NCBI GenBank assembly: GCA_035352715.1
Contig: DAOPYE010000061.1
Span: forward strand, 1 to 15,973
Origin: Holophaga sp.
Lineage (GTDB): Bacteria > Acidobacteriota > Holophagae > Holophagales > Holophagaceae
Reading direction: 5' to 3'
DNA: 15,973 bases
The position numbers were made by a program, and so were the translations under genes. The notes under the pieces were generated by a model. The model made no database searches and had not been told where the DNA came from. It saw only the letters and a program-made list of their open reading frames with translations. Below, one piece after another: positions 15,744 through 15,973 of this stretch; position 1 is the first letter of the stretch, and the number at the start of each line of letters is the position of its first letter.

Positions 15744-15973
15744 GGGGAAGGTGGAAGCGCGCAGACCCCCCACTGGGCCAGCGCCGAGACAAGACCCTCA
15801 AGCTGCTCGGTGTCCGTGGTGTGGAAGCGGCTCACCAGCTTCCAGCCCCGGGCTTGCCTCTGGTAGCGATGCAGCCAAAGAAAGGGCCCTTCCCAAGATC
15901 CATCCGCGGAAGCCCGGGTTCGCACCAGGAAAGCCACCGTGGTCCATGGCCCTCGACTCAGCACCCGGCGTCC
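15740..15973 (-). CDS. NTF2-like/SnoaL-like (DUF4440-type) protein, 5'-truncated by window edge
   Basis: The C-terminal 74 aa 'WTTVAFLVRTRASADGSWEGPFLWLHRYQRQARGWKLVSRFHTTD' resemble the terminal strands of NTF2-like DUF4440 domains ('GGWKIVHHHSS' type). The frame stays open to the window end. The stop overlaps the hybrid-kinase ATG. Confidence 0.4.
   Translation of the reverse strand, partial: GRRVLSRGPWTTVAFLVRTRASADGSWEGPFLWLHRYQRQARGWKLVSRFHTTDTEQLEGLVSALAQWGVCALPPSP

Overview
This is a GC-rich (~65% by eye) bacterial chromosomal segment with 14 supportable protein-coding genes and no RNA genes, CRISPR arrays or recognisable mobile-element genes. The core, on the minus strand (7435-8844, then 7249 down to 1384), is a compact, apparently complete D-glucuronate catabolic locus: uxaC (glucuronate isomerase) with its own intrinsic terminator, followed by an operon of a GntR/FadR-family regulator, kdgK, uxuA, an SDR (Bacillus)-type uxuB, eda and an ExuT-like MFS transporter. 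The operon promoter carries two FadR/UxuR-type palindromic operators. The 5' ~1.3 kb (a FrlD-like PfkB kinase plus a small secreted-protein ORF) is markedly lower in GC and ends at a bidirectional terminator, so it may be horizontally acquired. Divergent from uxaC is an orphan, unusually long flotillin-like SPFH protein with an internal tandem duplication. The right end carries a co-directional trio on the minus strand: a 5'-truncated NTF2-like partial ORF, a dCache/HAMP/PAS hybrid sensor histidine kinase and an Uup-type ABC-F ATPase. I found no obvious defence, toxin or novel enzymatic system. The points most worth checking are the regulatory architecture at 7302-7355 (which implies the GntR start codon is wrong in the ORF track), the composition shift at ~1.3 kb, the duplicated SPFH region of the flotillin, and the possible NTF2-kinase-Uup coupling. 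The many long ORFs antisense to real genes are treated as high-GC artefacts.
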